In this document: piece after piece, positions 8,583 through 16,584 of the stretch | Position numbering within the stretch: the first letter of the stretch is position 1 | How the letters are laid out: each line of letters starts with the position of its first letter | Source: an uncultured Bacilli bacterium | GTDB lineage: Bacteria > Bacillota_I > Bacilli_A > RF39 > UBA660 | NCBI GenBank assembly: GCA_944372545.1 | Contig: CALVZO010000008.1 | Coordinates: forward strand, 7,352-71,351 | Direction: 5' to 3' | Length of the DNA: 64,000 nt | Program-made: the position numbers and the translations under genes | Notes under the pieces: generated by a model | Told to the model about the DNA's origin: nothing | Seen by the model: the letters and a program-made list of their open reading frames with translations, nothing else | Databases searched by the model: none

Positions 8583-8729
8583 TATTCGTTGTAATTAATT
8601 AAAAAATTATAATAACTGAATTGATTCTCATTTAAATATATTAAAAATAAATAATAAATGCTCTATATTTGAAATTTTGAAACAATTATTACCAATTTTG
8701 TAATTTTGGTAATAATTTGATTTGCTTTT

Positions 8730-8751
8730 TACCAATTTTATAAAATTGGTA
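8730..8751. repeat. Perfect 22-bp palindrome TACCAATTTTATAAAATTGGTA (second copy)
   Basis: Exact duplicate of 7891..7912; both are preceded by (C/G)TT(G)TTTTT. Confidence 0.8.
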
Positions 8752-8838
8752 ATTATACTTTGCCAAATTCTTGAAATTGACAAAATTTTTAAAAAATTTA
8801 AATTTTTTATATAAATTTACTACATAATCGTGATTAAA

Positions 8839-8854
8839 TATTTCCCGGGAAATA
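8839..8854. promoter_or_regulatory. NBS-like palindrome copy 5: TATTTCCCGGGAAATA
   Basis: Perfect 16-mer inside a 22-bp perfect palindrome (8836..8857). Confidence 0.8.
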
Positions 8855-8994
8855 TTTTTTTGCCAATTTGTTAATTTTGACTCAAATTTTTTTGCTAATT
8901 TTATTAAATTGGTTATTATATAATTCCAATAATGTTAAAATGGTAATATTTTGGTAATATTTTTATATATTAAACAAACTTACATTGATAAAAA

Positions 8995-9010
8995 TATTTC
9001 CCAGGAAATA
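8995..9010. promoter_or_regulatory. NBS-like palindrome copy 6, variant: TATTTCCCAGGAAATA (one central mismatch)
   Basis: 15/16 match (CCCAGG instead of CCCGGG); same A-run/T-run flanks as the perfect copies. Confidence 0.65.
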
Positions 9011-9114
9011 TTTTTTGCCAAATCTTTTAAATTGATTTATATAAAATAAATTAAATTATTATAATTTTGCATTACTGTAATTTTTTTCTTTTAAACATAA
9101 AAAAAAGTTCAAAA

Positions 9115-9130
9115 TATTTCCCGGGAAATA
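9115..9130. promoter_or_regulatory. NBS-like palindrome copy 7: TATTTCCCGGGAAATA; may also act as the gyrA terminator
   Basis: Perfect 16-mer inside a 32-bp perfect palindrome (9107..9138), 8 bp past the gyrA stop codon. Confidence 0.8.
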
Positions 9131-9145
9131 TTTTGAACTATATTC

Positions 9146-11641
9146 TTATTCTTTTTCTTCTGTTTTATCTACGATGCTAATTGTTGAAACGATTTGATTT
9201 TCTCTTAATGATATAAGTCTTAATCCTTGCGTAACTCGGCTTAAAGTTGAGATTTGATTAACTGGTAATTTAATAGTAATACCAGCATTTGTCATAATAA
9301 TAACATCTTTATCTTCTTCAACTATTTTTATTGCAACTAAGTTACCATTTTTTTCAGTTACTTTAAGTGCCAATACACCCTTGCTACCTCTTCTAGTTTG
9401 TCTAAATTCGCGAACTTTAGTTTGTTTTCCGTAACCCTTCTCAGTAACAAGTAACACAACGGATTCATCATTAACAACTTCAGCACAGATACAATTGCCG
9501 CCATCTAAATTAATTCCTTTAACTCCAGCAGCAGTTCTACCCATAATACGTACCTCAGATTCAATAAATTTGACTACTTTTCCTTTATCGCTACCTAATA
9601 ATATCATATTATTGCCATTTGTCTTTTTAACATCGATTAATTCATCATTATCATTTAATTTGATACAAATTTTTCCTGAATTGCGAATATTTTCAAATTC
9701 TTCTAGTTTAGTTCTCTTAATTACTCCTTTTTTTGTTGCGAAGAATAAATATTTTTGCTCTTCTTCTCTATCTATTTTTAATATCGAATTAATCTTTTCA
9801 TCTTTTTCAATTGATAATAAATTAATTATAGGTAAACCTTTTGACTGTCTACTATATTCAGGAATTTCATAGCCTTTAAGTCTATATACTTTACCTTTAT
9901 TGGTGAAGAACATAATATAATCATGAGTTGATAAGTTGATTAAATTTTCAACATTATCTTCATCATTAGTTGTAACACCTTTAATTCCTACACCACCACG
10001 ATTTTGAACTTTAAAAGTATCATTAGAAGTTCTCTTTATATAACCTTTTTGTGTTATCATTACCATTGAATCTTCTTCAGGAATTAATGATTCATTTTCG
10101 ATAAATTCAATGGCTGTCATATCGATTTTTGTTCTTCTTTCATCACTATATTTGTTTTTAATTTCGGTTAATTCTTTTTTAATTAAATCAAGAACTTTTT
10201 GTTCTGAAGCAAGAATTGCTCTTAATTCCTCAATTTCTTTTAATAACGCATTTAATTCTTCTTCAATTTTATCTCTTTCAAGTCCAGTTAATCTTCTTAA
10301 TTTTAATTCTAATATAGCATCAGTTTGAATTTCATCAAGACCAAAACGCGACATTAATTTTTCTTTAGCATCAGCATCATCTAAAGCATTTCTGATAATT
10401 TTTACAACTTCATCAATGTTATCTTGGGCTATTTTATAACCATTTAAAATGTGAACTCTTCTTTCGTCTTTGGCTAAATCAAATTTTGTTCTTCTAATAA
10501 TAACTTCTTTTTGATGGTCTATATATTTAGAAATAATTGCTTTTAAACTTAGTGTTCTTGGTGTTAACCCATCAAGCATTAAGAATATAATTCCATAACT
10601 TACTTGAAAAGAAGTGTGTTTATATAAATTATTTAAAACTACTTGCGGATTAGCATCTTTTTTAAGTGTTATAGTTATTTTAACACCATCTTTTAAATCT
10701 GTATGATAGTCAGAAATTCCATCAATAATTTTAGAGTGAACAAGTTCAGCAACTTTATTCTTTAGTTCCATTGTATTAACTTCATAAGGAACTTCAGTAA
10801 TTACAATGGCATTATGACCGTTAATTTCTTCGATTTCGGCTTTACTTCGAATAGTAATTGAGCCTCTTCCTGTTTCATATGCTTTTTTAATACCAGAATT
10901 ACCTAAAATAATACCACCAGTTGGAAAGTCTGGACCTTTTATATATTGCATTAATCCTAAAGTATCAATTTCTGAATTATCAATGTAAGCAATACAACCA
11001 TCAATTACTTCTCCTAGATTATGGGGAGGTATATTTGTAGCCATACCAACGGCAATTCCTTTTGAACCATTAACTAAAATATTTGGAAACCTAGAAGGAA
11101 GAACTTTTGGTTCTTTTTTTGTAACATCAAAGTTGTCGTCCATATCTACAGTATCTTTATTAATATCTCTTAATAATTCTAAAGAAATTTTTGCAAGTCT
11201 TGATTCAGTATAACGCATTGCTGCTGCGCCATCACCCTCGATATTACCGAAGTTTCCGTGACCATCAACCAGCATATATCTTTGATTAAAATCTTGAGCA
11301 AGTCTAACCATTGCTTCATAAATTGATGAGTCTCCATGTGGGTGATAATGCCCCATAACATACCCAACTGTAGTAGCACATTTTCTATGTGGTTTATCTG
11401 GAGTATAACCATTTTCATACATTGACCATAAAATACGACGATGTACTGGTTTTAAGCCATCTCGTAAATCAGGAAGAGCACGCGATGCAATAACACTCAT
11501 TGAATATTCCATAAAAGAAGTTTTAACTTCATCAACTATGTTATTGTGATCTAATCTATCTCTTTCATGAAAATAGCCACTGAAGTTAGAATTATTAACA
11601 TTTGTTTCATTTGTATTATTTAAATTTTCATTATTTTCCAT
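9146..11641 (-). CDS. gyrA: DNA gyrase subunit A
   Basis: 831 aa; RALPD.RDGLKPVHRR, active-site region AAMRYTE, C-terminal beta-pinwheel repeats. Confidence 0.97.
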   Translation of the reverse strand: MENNENLNNTNETNVNNSNFSGYFHERDRLDHNNIVDEVKTSFMEYSMSVIASRALPDLRDGLKPVHRRILWSMYENGYTPDKPHRKCATTVGYVMGHYHPHGDSSIYEAMVRLAQDFNQRYMLVDGHGNFGNIEGDGAAAMRYTESRLAKISLELLRDINKDTVDMDDNFDVTKKEPKVLPSRFPNILVNGSKGIAVGMATNIPPHNLGEVIDGCIAYIDNSEIDTLGLMQYIKGPDFPTGGIILGNSGIKKAYETGRGSITIRSKAEIEEINGHNAIVITEVPYEVNTMELKNKVAELVHSKIIDGISDYHTDLKDGVKITITLKKDANPQVVLNNLYKHTSFQVSYGIIFLMLDGLTPRTLSLKAIISKYIDHQKEVIIRRTKFDLAKDERRVHILNGYKIAQDNIDEVVKIIRNALDDADAKEKLMSRFGLDEIQTDAILELKLRRLTGLERDKIEEELNALLKEIEELRAILASEQKVLDLIKKELTEIKNKYSDERRTKIDMTAIEFIENESLIPEEDSMVMITQKGYIKRTSNDTFKVQNRGGVGIKGVTTNDEDNVENLINLSTHDYIMFFTNKGKVYRLKGYEIPEYSRQSKGLPIINLLSIEKDEKINSILKIDREEEQKYLFFATKKGVIKRTKLEEFENIRNSGKICIKLNDNDELIDVKKTNGNNMILLGSDKGKVVKFIESEVRIMGRTAAGVKGINLDGGNCICAEVVNDESVVLLVTEKGYGKQTKVREFRQTRRGSKGVLALKVTEKNGNLVAIKIVEEDKDVIIMTNAGITIKLPVNQISTLSRVTQGLRLISLRENQIVSTISIVDKTEEKE

Positions 11642-11652
11642 AATTCACCCCA

Positions 11653-13584
11653 TTATATATCTAAATTTTGAACATAACCAGCATTTTCTTCAATAAATTT
11701 ACGGCGTGGTTCGACTTCATCACCCATTAATTTTTCGAAAATTGCATCGGCACTTACACAGTCATCAACAGTAATTTTTCTTAATACTCTTTTTTCAATA
11801 TCCATTGTTGTTTCATTTAATTCTTCGGCGTCCATTTCTCCTAAACCTTTCATACGAGCAATTTCCACTCTATTTCTAACATTATCAGGTAGTGAATTTA
11901 AATAACTATTTAACTCATCTTCATTTAAAACATATTTTCTTGTTTTACCATGCATAATTCGAAATAAAGGAGGTTGTGCCGCATAAACATGCCCGGCTTC
12001 CACAATTGGTCTAAAGAAACGATAGAAAAGTGTTAATAATAATACTCGAATATGTGAGCCATCGACATCGGCATCGGTCATAATAATAATTTTGTCATAA
12101 CGTAATTTTGATAAATCAAAATATTCTCCAATTCCAGTACCAAATGCTGTTATTATAGTCTTAATTTCTTCATTACCTAAGGCTCTATCTAATCTTGCCT
12201 TTTCAACATTTAAAATTTTTCCTCTTAAAGGAAGTATTGCTTGAGTCATCGAATCTCTTCCTTTTTTTGCAGAACCTCCGGCACTATCTCCCTCGACTAT
12301 AAATATTTCTGAAACACTAGGATCTTTACTCTTACAATCAGATAATTTACCAAAGAAATTAGTCGTTGCTAAGTCACTTTTTCTTGTGGCCTCTCTTGCT
12401 TTTTTCGCGGCCATTCTTGCATTTCTTGCTAAAATTGCTTTATTAACAATAATCTTTGCTTCATCGGGATTTTCATATAAGAATCTTTCGAAACCTTCTG
12501 AAAATACACTATCGGCTAAATTTTTTACTTCAGAATTTCCTAAACGCCCTTTAGTTTGGCCTTCAAACTGAGGATTAGGGTGTTTACAAGATATAATCAT
12601 TGTTATACCTTCTTTAACATCATCTTCTCTTAAATTTTCATCTTTATCTTTTAAGATATTTGCTTTTCTGGCATAACTATTAATTACCCTAACTAAGGCT
12701 CTTTTTACTCCATCTTCATGAGTACCACCATCATGAGTATTTATATTATTTACAAATGAATAAATGTTTTGATTATAACCAGTGTTATATTGTAACGCTA
12801 CTTCAAACATTACATTATCTTTTTCACCTTCTAAATGAATTATATCATTATGAAGTACAGTCTTTTCTTGATTTATAAATCTAACATATTCACTTATTCC
12901 TCCTTCATATAAGAATTTATCTCCTGTTGTATCTTCTAAATCACGGTCATCTCGCAATGTAAGTTGTAATCCCTTATTTAAGAAGGCTAATTCTCTAGTT
13001 CTTATTTTTAATGTTTCATAATCATAAATATCAGTATCAAATATCTCTGGATCTGGCTTAAAAGTAACAGTTGTACCAGTTCTATTAAGTTCACACTCCC
13101 CAATTACAGTTAGTTTTTGACTAGTTTTTCCACCATTAGCAAACTTGGCTTCATATATTTTTCCATCTTTATAAACAGTTACAGTAACCCATTTTGATAA
13201 AGCATTTACTACACTTGCACCTACACCATGTAAGCCACCACTTACTTTGTAACCGCCACCACCAAATTTACCTCCAGCATGAAGTACAGTATAAACTGTT
13301 TCAACGGTAGAAATACCTGTTTTAGGGTGAATACCAACTGGAATACCACGGCCATCATCTTTAACTGTAATAGAATTATCTTTATTGATAATAATTTCAA
13401 TATTTTTACAGTATCCCGCTAAGGCTTCATCTATTGAATTATCAACAATTTCCCATACTAAATGATGTAACCCCTTAACATCGGTTGTTCCAATATACAT
13501 ACCAGGTCTTTTTCGAACTGCTTCTAATCCTTCTAATACTTGTATGTCATTATCATTATAATGTATATTCTTATTTTCTTCCAC
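11653..13584 (-). CDS. gyrB: DNA gyrase subunit B
   Basis: 643 aa; [18 protein letters not shown] ATPase, Toprim [17 protein letters not shown]. Confidence 0.97.
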   Translation of the reverse strand: MEENKNIHYNDNDIQVLEGLEAVRKRPGMYIGTTDVKGLHHLVWEIVDNSIDEALAGYCKNIEIIINKDNSITVKDDGRGIPVGIHPKTGISTVETVYTVLHAGGKFGGGGYKVSGGLHGVGASVVNALSKWVTVTVYKDGKIYEAKFANGGKTSQKLTVIGECELNRTGTTVTFKPDPEIFDTDIYDYETLKIRTRELAFLNKGLQLTLRDDRDLEDTTGDKFLYEGGISEYVRFINQEKTVLHNDIIHLEGEKDNVMFEVALQYNTGYNQNIYSFVNNINTHDGGTHEDGVKRALVRVINSYARKANILKDKDENLREDDVKEGITMIISCKHPNPQFEGQTKGRLGNSEVKNLADSVFSEGFERFLYENPDEAKIIVNKAILARNARMAAKKAREATRKSDLATTNFFGKLSDCKSKDPSVSEIFIVEGDSAGGSAKKGRDSMTQAILPLRGKILNVEKARLDRALGNEEIKTIITAFGTGIGEYFDLSKLRYDKIIIMTDADVDGSHIRVLLLTLFYRFFRPIVEAGHVYAAQPPLFRIMHGKTRKYVLNEDELNSYLNSLPDNVRNRVEIARMKGLGEMDAEELNETTMDIEKRVLRKITVDDCVSADAIFEKLMGDEVEPRRKFIEENAGYVQNLDI

Positions 13585-14674
13585 AATAATCCTCCACTAT
13601 CATTTCATCTTTAACCTCATATAAACTAGCATGATTTATTAAATTTTCAGGTATTCTCTCTAAATCAGTTGTAGTTATAAAGGTTTGAACATTTTCATTT
13701 AATAACTTTATTATATTTTTTATTTTTTCATTATCTATGGCACTAAATAGATCATCTAAAATAAGTATTGGGTATAACCCATTTTTTTGATAAAACAAAT
13801 CTAATTCCGCTAATTTAAAGGCAAATATAGCATTTTTTTGTTGACCATTACTCCCCCATTCTCGAATATTTTTATTATCTAAAATAAATTCAATATCATC
13901 ATGATGAATACCAAAATAAGACTTTCCTAAATTAACTTCTTTTTGATAATTTTTATTAAACATCTTTAATATATCTTCTTCACTTTTATTTTTAAATTCC
14001 GATATATATTTAACTTTTAAATTGCCATAAGAAAATATATTTTGATAATAATTATTAATATATTCATTTATCTTATCAATAAAATTTAATCGATAATCAC
14101 TTATTTTTTTCCCAGATTCAATAAGTTTAGTAGTTAATATATTTAAATAATCAAGCGATGCATTTCCATTTATAAATAACTCTTTTAAATAGAAATTCCT
14201 TTGCTTTAATATTTTATTATAATTATTTAAATATATTAAGTAATCTTTTTCTAATTGACTTATTTCAATATTTAAGAGTTTCCTTCTACTTGCGGGAGTA
14301 TCATTAAATATTGTTTGAGCATCTGGTTCTAAAACAATTACCTTAATATTAGCAATATAATCACTTATTTTGGAAATATAATCATCATCAATTTTAACTT
14401 TTTTGCCTTCCTTACTAATTATAACTTGATAATTATTTTCGGTATTACTTAATATTTCTCCTTCTATTTTTGTACTTAACTCACCCTTTTTAATTAAATT
14501 TTTATCTTCATTAGTTCGAAATGATTTTGTTAAAGAAAGTGCATATATACTCTCAACTACATTAGTCTTTCCACAACCATTATTACCATATATAATATTT
14601 AAATTATCGTTGAATTTTAACTCTACTTGCTTGTAATTGCGAAAATTAACTAATTTTAAAGACCTAATTTTCAT
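13571..14674 (-). CDS. recF: DNA replication and repair protein RecF
   Basis: [14 protein letters not shown] start, Walker [10 protein letters not shown], signature and Walker B (ILILDD). I prefer the ATG at 14674 (AGAAAGG RBS) to the track start at 14719. Confidence 0.9.
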   Translation of the reverse strand: MKIRSLKLVNFRNYKQVELKFNDNLNIIYGNNGCGKTNVVESIYALSLTKSFRTNEDKNLIKKGELSTKIEGEILSNTENNYQVIISKEGKKVKIDDDYISKISDYIANIKVIVLEPDAQTIFNDTPASRRKLLNIEISQLEKDYLIYLNNYNKILKQRNFYLKELFINGNASLDYLNILTTKLIESGKKISDYRLNFIDKINEYINNYYQNIFSYGNLKVKYISEFKNKSEEDILKMFNKNYQKEVNLGKSYFGIHHDDIEFILDNKNIREWGSNGQQKNAIFAFKLAELDLFYQKNGLYPILILDDLFSAIDNEKIKNIIKLLNENVQTFITTTDLERIPENLINHASLYEVKDEMIVEDYCGRK

Positions 14675-14764
14675 AATTTGCCTTTCTTTTGCGTTTGATT
14701 TAATTTTAAAGTAAGTCAAATACTCCTATACCACAATTTAATTATACCATAAATTTCTATGTTT

Positions 14765-15217
14765 TTAAAGAAAATTTCTTTTTTTTCGATAATTTAAAAC
14801 CCCTTTTATTTTTATTGCATTAAATATTAAATTTTCAAAACTATTTAATGATATTAATGTACGAAAACTATACTTATTTAGACAATTTATTAATAAATAA
14901 TAATTTTTTTGTTCATAATTTAATACTTTATTAAAAATTAATAATAAACACTCATCTTTTCTTAAAGAATTTAGTTGCAATAAGATTATATTATTGTCAT
15001 CATCAATAATTATTGGTACTTTATACTTGATATTTAAGACATTTTGGGCAAATTTTTTTCGCCCTAAAAAAGTACTTCCATAATATTTACAATTATACTC
15101 CAATATATAATTTATATTTTTGTTAATAACTTCTATTTTATTAACATTATAAATTATTGTTTTATTTCCTTTTTTTAATAATCCAATTGTATCTTTAGTA
15201 ATTAAATATTTTTCCAT
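14765..15217 (-). CDS. ComK-family protein (competence transcription factor-like), short 150-aa form
   Basis: By my recollection of B. subtilis ComK, CKYYGSTFLGRKK matches CRFFGSSYAGRKA, KVPIIIDD matches KPPIMVDP, and SLNSFENL matches SYNSFENQ. GGAGGG RBS; own promoter-like TGgTATAGT; preceded by the dnaN terminator. Confidence 0.65.
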   Translation of the reverse strand: MEKYLITKDTIGLLKKGNKTIIYNVNKIEVINKNINYILEYNCKYYGSTFLGRKKFAQNVLNIKYKVPIIIDDDNNIILLQLNSLRKDECLLLIFNKVLNYEQKNYYLLINCLNKYSFRTLISLNSFENLIFNAIKIKGVLNYRKKRNFL

Positions 15218-15274
15218 AAACCCTCCAAATTAAATGCTACTATACCATTTTTGGGTTAAAAATTATGTCAAAAT

Positions 15275-15288
15275 ATTTCCCAGAAAAT
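15275..15288. promoter_or_regulatory. Degenerate NBS-like element ATTTCCCAGAAAAT (12/14)
   Basis: Same AAATATTTCCC left arm as the island copies; the right half is decayed. Lies between the dnaN terminator and the comK-like gene. Confidence 0.35.
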
Positions 15289-15295
15289 AATTTTT

Positions 15296-15329
15296 AAAAA
15301 AAAAGAAGCCGATTTTTCAATCAGACTTC
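15296..15329 (-). terminator. Rho-independent terminator after dnaN
   Basis: Minus strand GAAGTCTGATT-GAAAA-AATCGGCTTC (imperfect stem) followed by a run of 9 U. Confidence 0.6.
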
Positions 15330-15333
15330 CTAT

Positions 15334-16455
15334 TTAATATGTTTTTACTGGTAATATTAACTCTACTAAAGATTCATCTTTAACGGACTTTATCAATATT
15401 GGCTTGTCATCACTATTTATTAAAAGTAAAATATTATCATCTTTTATAACTTTTAAGGCTTCAAGCATATATCTTGAACTAAATGCTACTTCTAATTTTT
15501 CCTTATTATTACATTCAATATTTAATTTTTCTTCTGTCTTTCCTATTTCGCTGGCACTAGATGAAATAACCATCAATTTATCATTAATAACCACTCTTAC
15601 TATATTTTTATCTTTACTTTGAGCAAGAAGTGATGCTCTATCTACAGCATCATTAAAATTCCTTAAATCTAAATTAATAATATAAGCAAATTCTGTTGGA
15701 ATAAAATGACTTGTATCTGGATATGTTCCACTTAATAAATTAGTTTGAAATTGAATATTTTTATATTTAAATAATATTTTGTTATTAAATATATGCATTA
15801 CAACAATTTCATCTTCATCACTTAATATTTTTTCTAATTCATTAATACTTTTCCCTGGTATTACAATATTTACGGCAACATTAGCACTTTTTTCTAATTT
15901 TATATTCTTTTTAGCCAGTCTATATGAGTCTGTAGCAATACACTCTAATAAATCTTCATAAATTTTTAAATTTATTCCTGTTAAAAGTGGTCTTACTTCT
16001 TGAGTCGATACTGCATAAGATGTTTCATTAATAATATTTTTTAAAGTACTTGCTTTAATTTCTACTGGATCTTTACTTTCATCTAAAGATATATGTGGAT
16101 AATCATTAATATCATAACAATTTAAATTATATTCATTATTATCTGTATATATTTTTATTTTACTATTGTCAACAGTTTCAAAATAAATAGTATCTGTAGG
16201 CATTTTTCTAATTATCTCTAATATATATTTACTTTGAATAATAATATTACCAAAACTTTCAATATTTTTAATATCTTTTTCTGGTATATTCATCTTTATT
16301 GTTAACTCAGAATCACTCGCTAATAGACTTAACCCATTTTCCGTTAAATCAAATTTTATTCCATTTAATATTGGAATAGTTGTTCTTGCTCCAATTGCCC
16401 TTGTAACATTAACTAAAGCCTCTAATAAAATATTCTTATCAATTACAAATTTCAT
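15334..16455 (-). CDS. dnaN: DNA polymerase III beta sliding clamp
   Basis: 373 aa, MKF.I.K..L start, three-domain clamp length, downstream of dnaA. Confidence 0.95.
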   Translation of the reverse strand: MKFVIDKNILLEALVNVTRAIGARTTIPILNGIKFDLTENGLSLLASDSELTIKMNIPEKDIKNIESFGNIIIQSKYILEIIRKMPTDTIYFETVDNSKIKIYTDNNEYNLNCYDINDYPHISLDESKDPVEIKASTLKNIINETSYAVSTQEVRPLLTGINLKIYEDLLECIATDSYRLAKKNIKLEKSANVAVNIVIPGKSINELEKILSDEDEIVVMHIFNNKILFKYKNIQFQTNLLSGTYPDTSHFIPTEFAYIINLDLRNFNDAVDRASLLAQSKDKNIVRVVINDKLMVISSSASEIGKTEEKLNIECNNKEKLEVAFSSRYMLEALKVIKDDNILLLINSDDKPILIKSVKDESLVELILPVKTY

Positions 16456-16584
16456 AATCTCTTTCCTTCTTTCTTTTTTATATTATTTTAATTATTATAG
16501 AGTTAATAATGTGGAAAACTGTTAATTTATTAACATAATTATCGATGTTTTTGCTTGTTAATAACTAATTAGTTTTTAACATTA
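16456..16584. other. oriC: oriC, dnaA-dnaN spacer part (DnaA box plus AT-rich unwinding candidate)
   Basis: TGTGGAAAA at 16510..16518 (8/9 to TGTGGATAA) next to a long pure-AT stretch at 16470..16500; bipartite Bacillus-type origin layout. Confidence 0.6.

Larger units (their letters stand above)
8836..9016 (+). repeat. ~180-bp direct repeat, copy B
   Basis: See copy A; same orientation, bounded by NBS copy 5 and variant copy 6. Confidence 0.8.

Noticed and set aside
7638-9138. NBS-like palindromes as nothing more than bidirectional rho-independent terminators
   Set aside because: Only copy 7 (after gyrA) sits at a gene end. The other copies are not downstream of any ORF. As RNA hairpins they would retain only 1-3 G-C pairs once a loop is formed. 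The 16/16 identity to a known protein-binding site across six copies is hard to explain by terminator function alone. A dual role for copy 7 is kept open.
7604-9145. Possible CRISPR array, given many short repeats in a gene-free stretch
   Set aside because: The repeats are self-complementary palindromes of at least three different families. Their spacing is irregular (120-730 bp between NBS-like copies), no uniform repeat-spacer periodicity exists, and no cas genes are in the window.
9495-12571. Track ORFs inside gyrA and gyrB (9495-9872 +, 10110-10328 +, 11179-11418 -, 12386-12571 +)
   Set aside because: They are shadow or alternative-frame ORFs within long, strongly supported genes. Their products are low-complexity Ser/Leu/Ile/Phe-rich, which is typical of antisense AT-rich coding DNA.
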